A stretch of 64,000 nt of DNA from Polynucleobacter sp. (GTDB lineage: Bacteria > Pseudomonadota > Gammaproteobacteria > Burkholderiales > Burkholderiaceae): positions 6,565 to 70,564 of the forward strand of contig JBBAKF010000004.1 in assembly GCA_040403635.1 (NCBI GenBank), given 5' to 3'. Made by a program: the position numbers and the translations under genes. Numbering within the stretch: position 1 is the first letter of the stretch; each line of letters opens with the position of its first letter. Below the pieces are notes generated by a model. The model had not been told where the DNA came from. It made no database searches and worked only from the letters and a program-made list of their open reading frames with translations. Positions 54,752 to 64,000 of the stretch are shown here, one piece after another.

Positions 54752-54907
54752 CAAAGTGATTAAATATATAAGTCATTGTATTTATTGACTATTGATTAAA
54801 TTACTGACAGAATAGGAATATATTAATTCTTATTCAGCACTTGAAAATGATGGGTAGTAGAATTATCTACTATACATGTACCAAATAATTCGGATTTTGG
54901 AGATATT

Positions 54908-56788
54908 TTGAATAATCAAACGATGCAAAAAGTCGGCATATGGCTGATCGTAGCACTGGTTGTCTTTACCTTCTTTAAGCAATTTGACAAGACTAGTACT
55001 CAAAGTCAGGTTACTTATTCGCAGTTTATGGAGGACGCCAAGTCTGGGAAAGTACGCCGGGTAGATGTACAAGGCCGAAACCTGCAAGTGACCGCCGTAG
55101 ATGGTAATCGATACAGCATTCTCACTCCAGGCGACATTTGGATGGTAGGGGATTTGATGAAGTACGGTGTACAGGTTACAGGTAAGGCTGAGGACGAGCC
55201 CAACTTACTCGTGTCTGCTCTTTACTATCTTGGACCCACACTTTTAATCATTGGTTTTTGGTTCTTCATGATGCGTCAAATGCAAGGCGGCGGTAAGGGT
55301 GGTGCATTCTCATTCGGAAAATCCAAAGCGCGCTTAATTGATGAGAATAGTAATTCTGTTAATTTTGGTGATGTAGCAGGTTGCGATGAAGCTAAATCAG
55401 AAGTATCAGAACTGGTAGATTTCTTAAAAGACCCCTCGAAATTTCAAAAACTCGGTGGGCGAATTCCGCGCGGTGTTTTATTAGTTGGGCCTCCAGGAAC
55501 AGGTAAAACACTTTTGGCTAGAGCGATTGCTGGCGAAGCCAAGGTACCATTTTTTGCAATATCTGGATCAGATTTTGTGGAAATGTTTGTGGGTGTTGGT
55601 GCGGCTCGAGTGCGTGATATGTTTGAAAACGCTAAAAAGCAAGCGCCTTGCATTATCTTTATTGATGAAATTGATGCCGTAGGTCGTCATCGTGGAGCAG
55701 GAACTGGTGGCGGCAACGACGAAAGAGAACAGACACTCAATCAAATGTTGGTGGAGATGGACGGCTTTGAAGCCAATAGTGGTGTGATCGTCATCGCTGC
55801 GACAAACCGCTCCGACGTGCTTGATAAAGCTTTATTGCGTCCAGGCCGTTTTGACCGTCAAGTCTTTGTTGGATTGCCTGACATTCGTGGTCGTGAGCAG
55901 ATTCTGAAAGTCCATATGCGCAAAGTACCAGCTAACGCTGACGTAGATGCGGCTGTTTTAGCACGCGGTACGCCTGGTTTTTCAGGCGCAGATTTAGCTA
56001 ACCTAGTTAATGAAGCTGCTCTTTTTGCCGCACGAAGAAACAAGCGTGCAGTCGATATGAGCGATTTTGAGGATGCTAAAGATAAGATTTACATGGGACC
56101 TGAAAGAAAGTCTGCGGTCATGCGTGAAGATGAGAGACGCAATACGGCCTATCATGAGTCTGGACACGCGGTGGTGGCTAAGTTGTTGCCAAAAGCTGAC
56201 CCTGTTCATAAAGTGACGATTATGCCCCGTGGTATGGCTTTAGGGATTACATGGCAATTACCTGAATTTGATCGCGTTAATTTATATAAAGATCGTATGT
56301 TGGAAGATTTAGCGATTTTATTTGGTGGTCGAGCTGCTGAAGAGGTGTTTCTAAATTCCATGAGTACTGGAGCATCGAACGATTTCGAGCGGGCCACTAA
56401 AATGGCACGAGATATGGTTACACGTTATGGGATGAGTGAGTCCTTGGGAACTATGGTGTATGTTGATACCGAGTCTGAAAGTGTCTTTGGACGTATGAAT
56501 TCGAAGACGGTTTCCGAGGCGACCCAGCAAAAGGTTGATGCTGAGATTCGCTCTTTGGTGGATAACCAATATGCCTTAGCTAAACATCTCTTAGAAACCA
56601 ATCGTGACAAAGTAGAGGCCATGGTACTTGCTTTGCTTGAGTGGGAAACGATTGATGCAGATCAGGTCAACGACATTATGTCTGGAAGTCCTCCAAGACC
56701 GCCTAAGGTTTCTGACCCAATCGCTCCATCAGGTGGCGACGGAAGTACGCCAACTCCAGCCCAAGGAAGTGCTCCGGCTACGGTTTAA
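54908..56788 (+). CDS. ftsH: ATP-dependent zinc metalloprotease FtsH
   Basis: Two TMs, Walker A 'GPPGTGKT', Walker B 'IFIDEID', SRH 'RPGRFDR' and 'HESGH'. Confidence 0.98.
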   Translation: MNNQTMQKVGIWLIVALVVFTFFKQFDKTSTQSQVTYSQFMEDAKSGKVRRVDVQGRNLQVTAVDGNRYSILTPGDIWMVGDLMKYGVQVTGKAEDEPNLLVSALYYLGPTLLIIGFWFFMMRQMQGGGKGGAFSFGKSKARLIDENSNSVNFGDVAGCDEAKSEVSELVDFLKDPSKFQKLGGRIPRGVLLVGPPGTGKTLLARAIAGEAKVPFFAISGSDFVEMFVGVGAARVRDMFENAKKQAPCIIFIDEIDAVGRHRGAGTGGGNDEREQTLNQMLVEMDGFEANSGVIVIAATNRSDVLDKALLRPGRFDRQVFVGLPDIRGREQILKVHMRKVPANADVDAAVLARGTPGFSGADLANLVNEAALFAARRNKRAVDMSDFEDAKDKIYMGPERKSAVMREDERRNTAYHESGHAVVAKLLPKADPVHKVTIMPRGMALGITWQLPEFDRVNLYKDRMLEDLAILFGGRAAEEVFLNSMSTGASNDFERATKMARDMVTRYGMSESLGTMVYVDTESESVFGRMNSKTVSEATQQKVDAEIRSLVDNQYALAKHLLETNRDKVEAMVLALLEWETIDADQVNDIMSGSPPRPPKVSDPIAPSGGDGSTPTPAQGSAPATV

Positions 56789-57657
56789 TGATGGCTTTAG
56801 AGGATATTAAGCCCACAGCATGGCGCTGTGGGCGTTTTTATTTTGATTGGGAAGAAAATCCAACTCCTGTGGTGATGGGGATTTTAAATGTGACTCCCGA
56901 TTCCTTTTCAGATGGCGGTCAATACTTTGACACATCAAGGGCAGTTGATCACGCCTTTCAGATGATTGAAGATGGTGCAAAAATCATTGATTTAGGCGGA
57001 GAGTCTACAAGACCTGGGGCAACTCCCTTGAGTGCTTCTGAAGAGCAAGATCGGATATTTCCTGTCTTAGAAAAGTTACAGTCTGCGGGCGTGGCGCTAT
57101 CTCTGGATAGTTATAAGGCAAACACGATGCAGCAAGCTTTAGCCATTGGGGTAGATATCTTCAATGACATCAGGGGTTTTCAAGATCCTGAGAATATACG
57201 AATTGCCGCGTCTTCTGCTGATGTTGGCTTGTGCATTATGCATATGCAAAATAGTCCTCTTACGATGCAAGAGCAACCGAGTTATGGGCATGTAGTCGAA
57301 GAGGTTGGACAATTTTTGCGGGATAAAATTACGCAGTTATCTTTGCAGGGGATTGATCGTCAAAGAATGGCGATTGATCCGGGTTTTGGGTTTGGTAAAA
57401 CAGCTCAGCATAATCTCACCTTATTACATCGCCTGGGCGAGTTACATCTGCAAGGGGCGACATTATTAGTTGGACTATCTCGTAAAAAAACTTTATCTAA
57501 GATTCTCGGGCAAGACAGTGATCTGACAACAGCCAGTGTTACTGCGGCCCTATTGGCCATAGAAAGAGGCGCTAAAGTCATACGGGTACATGATGTAAAG
57601 CCTAGTGTAGAGGCGATGAAAGTATGGTCAGCGATGCACAATGAGAACCTTATCTAA
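56788..57657 (+). CDS. folP: Dihydropteroate synthase
   Basis: 'VMGILNVTPDSFSDGG', 'DLGGESTRPG', 'DPGFGFGK', 'SRK', 'RVHDV'. Confidence 0.96.
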   Translation: MMALEDIKPTAWRCGRFYFDWEENPTPVVMGILNVTPDSFSDGGQYFDTSRAVDHAFQMIEDGAKIIDLGGESTRPGATPLSASEEQDRIFPVLEKLQSAGVALSLDSYKANTMQQALAIGVDIFNDIRGFQDPENIRIAASSADVGLCIMHMQNSPLTMQEQPSYGHVVEEVGQFLRDKITQLSLQGIDRQRMAIDPGFGFGKTAQHNLTLLHRLGELHLQGATLLVGLSRKKTLSKILGQDSDLTTASVTAALLAIERGAKVIRVHDVKPSVEAMKVWSAMHNENLI

Positions 57658-57676
57658 TTCATAATAAAATCTAGTC

Positions 57677-59029
57677 ATGAACAAAAAATATTTTGGTACC
57701 GACGGTATTCGCGGCGAAGTAGGCTTATTTCCGATCACGCCTGACTTTATGATGCGCCTGGGTTATGCGGCGGGTAAAGTATTTGCAAAGCAAGGTGGTG
57801 GTCATGGCCGGGCAACCGTTTTAATTGGTAAGGACACTCGAATTTCAGGGTATATGCTGGAATCTGCCTTAGAGGCAGGATTTACAGCGGCAGGCGTTGA
57901 TGTGGTTTTATGTGGGCCCATACCGACACCTGGGGTTGCTTACCTCACTAGAGCATTACGATTATCTGCTGGGGTAGTGATATCCGCATCCCATAATCCT
58001 TATCAAGATAACGGCATTAAGTTTTTCTCCGATCAGGGCGATAAGTTGCCTGATACGGTTGAGAATCAAATTGAAGAGATGCTAGAAACACCCTTTATTT
58101 GTGCGACTTCCATGGAGATGGGGAAGGTACGTAGGTTAGATGATGCTGCTGGGCGTTATATCGAATTTTGTAAAAGCACATTTCCGAATCAATTTGATTT
58201 GCATGGATTAAAACTGGTAGTCGATTGTGCGCATGGGGCGGCCTATCACATTGCGCCTAATGTTTTTCATGAGCTGGGTGCGGAGGTTATTCCTATGGGT
58301 AATCAGCCCAATGGATTTAATATCAATGATCAAGTCGGTGCAACTGCTCCACAAACTTGCATTGCCCGGGTCATCGCAGAAGGTGCTGATCATGGCATTT
58401 GTTTGGATGGCGACGCGGATCGCCTGCAGATGATCGATGCTCAAGGGGGTTTATTTAACGGGGATGAGCTTTTGTATTTAGTTGCCAAAGATCGCATTGA
58501 GTCTGGTAAAGAGGTTCGGGGTGCGGTGGGTACTTTGATGACTAATATGGCTATTGAAAATGCTTTTAAAGAATTAGGCGTGCCATTTGCTAGGGCAGCA
58601 GTAGGCGACCGTTATGTTTTGGAAAAATTAAAGCAAAATGATTGGATGATGGGTGGCGAGAGTTCAGGGCATCTGATATTCCTAGACAAACATACGACGG
58701 GTGATGGCATAGTAGCTGCCTTACAGGTCTTAGCCACGATTCGACGCAGTGGTAAAGGGATTCGTGAAAGATTAGAGAAAATACAAATGTATCCCCAAGT
58801 ACTTTTGAATATTCGTTATAAAAAACAGTACAATTGGAAAGAAGATCAAAACTTACTACAGTCTCAAGCTCAAGTCGAAGAAGAACTTGGGCAAACGGGT
58901 CGAGTTTTGATCAGAGCTTCTGGCACAGAACCTGTTTTACGGGTGATGGTTGAGGCAAAAACCCTAGATTCAGCCCAGCTTTTTGCCGAGAAAATTGCGC
59001 AAAACATACCCGTTGAGACTCAAAACTGA
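57677..59029 (+). CDS. glmM: Phosphoglucosamine mutase
   Basis: 'FGTDGIRG', 'SASHNP', 'DGDADR', 'VGDRYV', 'RASGTEP'. Confidence 0.97.
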   Translation: MNKKYFGTDGIRGEVGLFPITPDFMMRLGYAAGKVFAKQGGGHGRATVLIGKDTRISGYMLESALEAGFTAAGVDVVLCGPIPTPGVAYLTRALRLSAGVVISASHNPYQDNGIKFFSDQGDKLPDTVENQIEEMLETPFICATSMEMGKVRRLDDAAGRYIEFCKSTFPNQFDLHGLKLVVDCAHGAAYHIAPNVFHELGAEVIPMGNQPNGFNINDQVGATAPQTCIARVIAEGADHGICLDGDADRLQMIDAQGGLFNGDELLYLVAKDRIESGKEVRGAVGTLMTNMAIENAFKELGVPFARAAVGDRYVLEKLKQNDWMMGGESSGHLIFLDKHTTGDGIVAALQVLATIRRSGKGIRERLEKIQMYPQVLLNIRYKKQYNWKEDQNLLQSQAQVEEELGQTGRVLIRASGTEPVLRVMVEAKTLDSAQLFAEKIAQNIPVETQN

Positions 59030-59073
59030 CTGATTTATAAATAAATTTTTAAATCTAGTGACAAATAATGGTT

Positions 59074-59107
59074 TTGTCATATTTTCCTCACATTGGTAGA
59101 TTAAAGT
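59074..59107 (+). promoter_or_regulatory. Putative Pho box plus -10 element upstream of pstS
   Basis: TTGTCAT-ATTT-TCCTCAC (59074-59091), against consensus CTGTCAT-A(A/T)A(A/T)-CTGTCAY, lies 10 bp before TAAAGT (59102-59107). Confidence 0.55.
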
Positions 59108-59146
59108 TCTATCAAGTCATTCGACTTATAACTAATAAGGAAAAAT

Positions 59147-60172
59147 ATGCGTAATAAAATTCTAAAGTTAGCGGTCTTAGGAGCATTAGTAACATCTTCT
59201 ATCAGCGCTAAGGCAATCGATATTACTGGGGCGGGTGCTACTTTCCCAGCACCTGTTTATAGTAAGTGGGCTGAAGAGTATCAAAAAATCACTAAGAACA
59301 AAGTGAACTATGCTTCCATTGGTTCTTCTGGTGGTGTCAAGCAGATCCGTGAAAAGACTGTTGATTTTGGTGGAACTGACAATCCTGTAAAAGGTCCTGA
59401 GTTGGATAGAGATGCAATGGTTCAATTCCCATTGATCATTGGAGGAGTTGTTCCTGTAGTTAACTTAGAAGGCTTTGCACCTGGCGAATTAAAAATTGAT
59501 GGCGACGTTTTAGCAGCTATATTTAGAGGCGACATTACGAACTGGAACGCTGTGCAAATTGCTGCTGTAAATCCAGGTAAGAAATTACCAAATCAAGCAA
59601 TCACTGTTGTACACCGCTCAGATGGTTCAGGAACAACTGCTGTTTTTACAGATTACTTATCTAAAGTCAGTAAATCATGGGCAGATACCGTTGGTCAAGG
59701 CGCCACAGTAAAATGGCCTGCGGACTCTAACGTTGGTGGTAAAGGTAACGAGGGTGTAGCTGCAAACGTGACGCGTGTTAAAGGTTCTATTGGTTATGTT
59801 GAGTTTGCTTATGCAAAGCTCAATAAAATGACAACAATGCAGTTAAAGAACGCTGATGGTAAATTTGTTTCACCATCGTTAGCCTCATTTAAAGCTGCGG
59901 CATCTGGCGCTAACTGGTCTTCAACACCAGGTATGGGTATTTCCTTGACGAATGCACCTGGCGCAACTTCATGGCCGATTGCAGGTGCATCATTCATCCT
60001 GATGTACAAGAACCCGGCCAACAAAGAGAGATCAAATGAAGCACTCAAGTTCTTTGAGTGGGCATTCTCCAATGCAGGTGACAAGATTGCAGCTGACTTA
60101 GATTACGTTGACATTCCACCTAATGTGGAAGATTACATTAGAAAGAATGTCTGGTCACAAATCGCTAAGTAA
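59147..60172 (+). CDS. pstS: Phosphate ABC transporter substrate-binding protein
   Basis: Signal peptide, 'GAGATFP', 'Y.SIGSSGG', 'RSDGSGTT', 'GKGNEGV'. Confidence 0.96.
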   Translation: MRNKILKLAVLGALVTSSISAKAIDITGAGATFPAPVYSKWAEEYQKITKNKVNYASIGSSGGVKQIREKTVDFGGTDNPVKGPELDRDAMVQFPLIIGGVVPVVNLEGFAPGELKIDGDVLAAIFRGDITNWNAVQIAAVNPGKKLPNQAITVVHRSDGSGTTAVFTDYLSKVSKSWADTVGQGATVKWPADSNVGGKGNEGVAANVTRVKGSIGYVEFAYAKLNKMTTMQLKNADGKFVSPSLASFKAAASGANWSSTPGMGISLTNAPGATSWPIAGASFILMYKNPANKERSNEALKFFEWAFSNAGDKIAADLDYVDIPPNVEDYIRKNVWSQIAK

Positions 60173-60184
60173 TATTTGGTTTAA

Positions 60185-60217
60185 ACACCCCGGAGCAATT
60201 CGGGGTGTCATCTTTTC
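60185..60217 (+). terminator. Stem-loop between pstS and pstC (partial terminator or mRNA stabiliser)
   Basis: ACACCCCGGA-GCAA-TTCGGGGTGT (GNRA loop) followed by the weak tail CATCTTTTC. Confidence 0.65.
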
Positions 60218-60240
60218 AACATAGTTAAATACAGTTTTTT

Positions 60241-61239
60241 ATGGAAAATAAAATGACAAGTATGTCGTCGGGAATACAGCTCACCCCAGAAATGCAAAAG
60301 ATTGTTCGCAATCAAAAGATTCAAGATTTTCTTTTTCATAAAATAACTTTATTTTTTGCATCACTCGTATTAATTGTTTTAGCTGGAATTATAATTTCAT
60401 TATTTATCACTGCATGGCCAACGTTAAAAGAGTTTGGCCCAGGATTCTTTATTAGTTCAGAATGGGATGTTCAAAAACAAAAGTTTGGTGGATTAACCTC
60501 GATTTATGGCACCGTAGTTACCGCCACCTTGGCTTTGGTCATTGCGGTTCCTCTCAGTTTTGGCATTGCTGTGTTCTTAACCGAGATGTGCCCTAATTGG
60601 CTACGTAAGCCTTTAGGAACTGCGGTAGAACTTCTTGCAGCGGTACCATCGATTATTTACGGTATGTTTGGTCTGTTTGTTTTTGCACCATTGTATGCTA
60701 AGTATGTACAGCCATTTTTGACTGATACGATTGGTCAAGTGCCTGTGATTGGTGCCTTATTTCAAGGGACGCCAAACGGAATTGGTTTTCTATCTGCGGG
60801 TTTGATCCTTGCGTTTATGGTGGTACCCTTTATTACTTCTGTGATGCGCGACGTATTTGAGATTGTTCCACCCGTCCTTAAAGAATCTGCTTATGGCATT
60901 GGCTGTACTACCTGGGAGGTAGTGACACGCATCGTCTTACCTTATACACAAGTAGGTGTGGTTGGTGGCATCATGTTAGGACTCGGACGTGCACTCGGAG
61001 AGACGATGGCGGTTACTTTTGTGATTGGTAATGCGCACCGGATTAAGGCGTCTTTATTTTCTCCGGGATCATCGATTGCCTCAACCCTAGCTAATGAGTT
61101 CGGTGAAGCGGAGCCAGGATTGCATTATTCATCATTATTTGCGTTAGGTTTAGCACTATTCATAATTACCTTTATAGTACTATCGCTCGCCAAGTGGATG
61201 TTGTTCAAAATGGAAAAACAAAAGGGAGCGAAGAGTTAA
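60241..61239 (+). CDS. pstC: Phosphate ABC transporter permease PstC
   Basis: 'ELLAAVPSIIYG', 'ESAYGIGCT.WE', 'GLGRALGETMAV'. Confidence 0.96.
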   Translation: MENKMTSMSSGIQLTPEMQKIVRNQKIQDFLFHKITLFFASLVLIVLAGIIISLFITAWPTLKEFGPGFFISSEWDVQKQKFGGLTSIYGTVVTATLALVIAVPLSFGIAVFLTEMCPNWLRKPLGTAVELLAAVPSIIYGMFGLFVFAPLYAKYVQPFLTDTIGQVPVIGALFQGTPNGIGFLSAGLILAFMVVPFITSVMRDVFEIVPPVLKESAYGIGCTTWEVVTRIVLPYTQVGVVGGIMLGLGRALGETMAVTFVIGNAHRIKASLFSPGSSIASTLANEFGEAEPGLHYSSLFALGLALFIITFIVLSLAKWMLFKMEKQKGAKS

Positions 61240-61242
61240 TTT

Positions 61243-62085
61243 ATGGATACTGGGATCTACAACAAAAGAAAGCGTAGCAATCGGATAGGGCTTACCTTAT
61301 CACTGTTTGCCATGACTCTAGGAATGGTCGTTTTACTGTGGATTTTGTTCATTCTAATTTCTAAAGGATTTGCCGCTTTAAGCACAGATTTCTTTACGCA
61401 AAGTACCCCAGCCCCTGGCTCAGTCGGTGGTGGTATGGTTAATGCCATGGTTGGGTCACTCATGATGGTCGCATCGTGTACTCTGATTAGTACCCCAATC
61501 GGTGTTTTGGCAGGAATATTTATGGCTGAATACGGTGATCGCAGTAAGATTGCTGGCATTACAAGATTTGTGACGGACATTATGTTATCTGCACCTTCGA
61601 TCGTGATTGGACTTTTCGTTTATGCGATCTATGTCGCACAAGTTAAACACTTTTCTGGCTGGGCTGGAACACTTGCTTTATCTATCTTAGCCGTACCAGT
61701 GGTTCTGAAGACTACAGAAAATATGTTGCGTTTAGTGCCGGTAACTTTACGTGAAGCGGCTTATGCTCTGGGCGCTCCTAAATGGAAAGTATCATTTTCG
61801 GTCATTTTGAGAGCTGCTAAGAGTGGCGTTATGACAGGTATTTTGTTAGCTGTGGCGCGTGTTAGCGGCGAAACAGCACCACTCCTATTTACGGCCCTTA
61901 ATAACCAGTTCTTTTCAACAGACATGAATAAACCTATGTCTAATTTACCTGTTGTTATTTACCAATTTGCATTAAGTCCTTATGAGAATTGGGTGAACTT
62001 AGCATGGGGTGGAGCATTAATTATTACATTAACAGTTTTGGGCCTAAATATTCTTGCCCGCGTATTTTTTAGAGAGAAATCATGA
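61243..62085 (+). CDS. pstA: Phosphate ABC transporter permease PstA
   Basis: '[10 protein letters not shown]', '[13 protein letters not shown]', '[11 protein letters not shown]'. Confidence 0.96.
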   Translation: MDTGIYNKRKRSNRIGLTLSLFAMTLGMVVLLWILFILISKGFAALSTDFFTQSTPAPGSVGGGMVNAMVGSLMMVASCTLISTPIGVLAGIFMAEYGDRSKIAGITRFVTDIMLSAPSIVIGLFVYAIYVAQVKHFSGWAGTLALSILAVPVVLKTTENMLRLVPVTLREAAYALGAPKWKVSFSVILRAAKSGVMTGILLAVARVSGETAPLLFTALNNQFFSTDMNKPMSNLPVVIYQFALSPYENWVNLAWGGALIITLTVLGLNILARVFFREKS

Positions 62086-62858
62086 CGCTAGAGACATCAA
62101 ATTTGAAGAATGCCATTGAAGTTCATAATTTAGACTTTTTTTATGGAAAGTTTAAAGGACTCAAAAATGTTAATCTGAATATTGCTGAGAATAAAGTCAC
62201 TGCATTTATTGGACCTTCTGGTTGTGGTAAATCGACTTTGTTACGTACTTTTAATCGTATGTATGACTTGTACCCTGGTCAGCGCGCTGAAGGGCAAATT
62301 AATCTTTATGGTGAGAACATCCTCGATAAAGATCGTGACTTAAACTTACTACGTTCTAAAGTTGGGATGATTTTCCAAAAGCCAACACCATTTCCGATGA
62401 CTATCTATGACAATATAGCGTTTGGAGTTAAGCTCTATGAAAACCTGAATAAAGCGGATATGGACGAGCGTGTCGAATGGGCTCTGAATAAAGCGGCACT
62501 TTGGAATGAAGTCAAAGAAAAGCTTAATCAAAGTGGTTTATCTTTGTCTGGTGGACAGCAACAACGTTTGTGTATCGCACGTGGTGTTGCGGTTAAGCCA
62601 TCTGTATTATTACTGGATGAGCCAACATCAGCGCTTGATCCGATTTCTACAGGTAAAGTTGAGGAGTTGGTGCACGAACTCAAAAATGACTATACAGTAG
62701 CTATTGTGACGCACAACATGCAACAAGCAGCCCGCGTATCTGACTTTACTGCCTTCATGTATTTAGGTGAATTAATTGAATTTAATGAAACAAAGCAAAT
62801 TTTCTTAAAGCCTGATCGTAAAGAAACAGAAGATTATATTACTGGTCGTTTTGGTTAA
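62082..62858 (+). CDS. pstB: Phosphate ABC transporter ATP-binding protein
   Basis: 'GPSGCGKST', 'FQKPTPFP', 'LSGGQQQRL', '[10 protein letters not shown]', 'YITGRFG'. Confidence 0.97.
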   Translation: MTLETSNLKNAIEVHNLDFFYGKFKGLKNVNLNIAENKVTAFIGPSGCGKSTLLRTFNRMYDLYPGQRAEGQINLYGENILDKDRDLNLLRSKVGMIFQKPTPFPMTIYDNIAFGVKLYENLNKADMDERVEWALNKAALWNEVKEKLNQSGLSLSGGQQQRLCIARGVAVKPSVLLLDEPTSALDPISTGKVEELVHELKNDYTVAIVTHNMQQAARVSDFTAFMYLGELIEFNETKQIFLKPDRKETEDYITGRFG

Positions 62859-62883
62859 ATAAAGAAGCTTATAGGGGAACGAA

Positions 62884-63588
62884 ATGACTGAAAAACATTT
62901 ATCTACACAATTTGACGCGGACTTAAATGCTGTTAATGCACATTTATTAGAAATGGGTGGCTTGGTAGAATCTCAAGTTGCCAACGCAATGAAGGCCTTT
63001 TCGACAATGGATGCTGAATTAGCCTCTGATGTGAATACAAAAGAAAAAGCTGTTAATGATTTTGAAATTAATATCGATAAAGAGTGCGCGGAAATTTTGG
63101 CGCGCCGTCAACCGACTGCTAAAGATCTTCGCTTAGTACTTGCTATTGCAAAGGCAATTTCTAACTTAGAGCGTGTGGGCGATGAGGCTGATCATATTGC
63201 ATCACGAATTAGGAAGATTGTCGAAGTCAATGCCCCTTATCAAATTAATGTGGCTGAAATTCGTATTGCAGGTCAAATGGCATTGGGATTGTTACGCCGT
63301 TCATTAGATGCATTTGCAAGAATGGATTCTAAGGCTGCTGCAATTATTGTTGCAGATGATTTAGAAATCGATAATGAGTTCCGTGGTTTTGTTCGCAAGT
63401 TAAACTCATACATGAGTGAAGATCCACGTATTATTTCAACAGCACTTGAGATTTTGTTTATCGCTAAAGCTGTCGAAAGAATTGGTGATCACGCGAAGAA
63501 TATTTCCGAATTTGTAATTTATGTAGATAAGGGTATGGATGTGAGACATCTCCCTCACGAGCAACTCTTGCAAGAGGCAAATAAATAA
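62884..63588 (+). CDS. phoU: Phosphate signalling complex protein PhoU
   Basis: 'ARRQPTAKDLR', 'LERVGDEA', 'VERIGDHAKNI.E'. Confidence 0.96.
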   Translation: MTEKHLSTQFDADLNAVNAHLLEMGGLVESQVANAMKAFSTMDAELASDVNTKEKAVNDFEINIDKECAEILARRQPTAKDLRLVLAIAKAISNLERVGDEADHIASRIRKIVEVNAPYQINVAEIRIAGQMALGLLRRSLDAFARMDSKAAAIIVADDLEIDNEFRGFVRKLNSYMSEDPRIISTALEILFIAKAVERIGDHAKNISEFVIYVDKGMDVRHLPHEQLLQEANK

Positions 63589-63589
63589 T

Positions 63590-64000
63590 ATGGCTAGCAG
63601 CATACTCATCGTTGAAGACGAACCATCTATTGCAGAGTTAATATCTGTCAATCTTAGTTATGAAGGGTTTTTGCCAGTTAGAGCTTTTCAAGCGGATCAA
63701 GCTGCAATGCTTATGCGTGACGTTTTGCCTGACTTAATCGTCTTAGATTGGATGCTGCCTGGTAAGTCTGGTATACAGTTTGCTAAAGACTTACGTAGTA
63801 ATGATCGCACGAAGGATATTCCGATTATCTTCTTAACAGCACGTTCAGAAGAAATGGATAAGATTGCTGGTTTAGATGCTGGTGCTGATGATTACTTAAC
63901 CAAGCCATTTTCACCAAAAGAGCTGGTTGCTAGAATTCGTGCCGTACTGCGTCGTAAATCACCGCAGTTGACAGACGAGGTCATTGAAATCAATGCTCTG
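63590..64000 (+). CDS. phoB: Phosphate regulon response regulator PhoB (3'-partial)
   Basis: Manual translation from ATG 63590 gives 'MASSILIVEDE...LIVLDWMLPGKSG...LTARSEE.DK..GLDAGADDYLTKPFSPKEL'. It runs off the window end and is not in the ORF track. Confidence 0.92.
   Translation, partial: MASSILIVEDEPSIAELISVNLSYEGFLPVRAFQADQAAMLMRDVLPDLIVLDWMLPGKSGIQFAKDLRSNDRTKDIPIIFLTARSEEMDKIAGLDAGADDYLTKPFSPKELVARIRAVLRRKSPQLTDEVIEINAL

Overview
Gene-dense, AT-leaning core chromosome segment of a betaproteobacterium. Gene order and protein sequences resemble Burkholderiaceae, probably a Polynucleobacter-like lineage (inferred, not searched). In order: ABC permease (5'-partial); a minus-strand ECF sigma/DUF3619/DUF3106/RDD module; ilvBHC-psd-pssA; leuA with an unannotated Leu-rich leader peptide and attenuator; rpsO-pnp-tpiA-secG-tRNA-Leu(GAG); complete nuoA-N; Nudix and DUF1178; a small accessory patch (about 30.3-37.1 kb: methylmalonate-semialdehyde dehydrogenase, SprT-like Zn protease with Zn ribbon, tartrate/D-malate dehydrogenase, luciferase-like monooxygenase, a +1-frameshifted membrane-anchored hypothetical, a His-rich secreted miniprotein, a methyltransferase); dnaQ, an RND pump pair, rnhA, a methyltransferase, gloB, mltD, prpE, carAB, greA, DUF4149, yhbY, rlmE, ftsH, folP, glmM, pstSCAB-phoU and phoB (3'-partial). 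I saw no rRNA, CRISPR array, integrase, transposase or prophage gene. I cannot show a clearly new multi-gene system. The best leads are the SprT-like/Zn-ribbon-led four-gene run with its frameshifted last gene, the probably leaderless leuA attenuator, a switch-like RNA in the carA 5' UTR, a likely ATT start codon after greA, and the uncharacterised ECF module. All assignments come from motif recognition and manual base-pairing; no database search was run.
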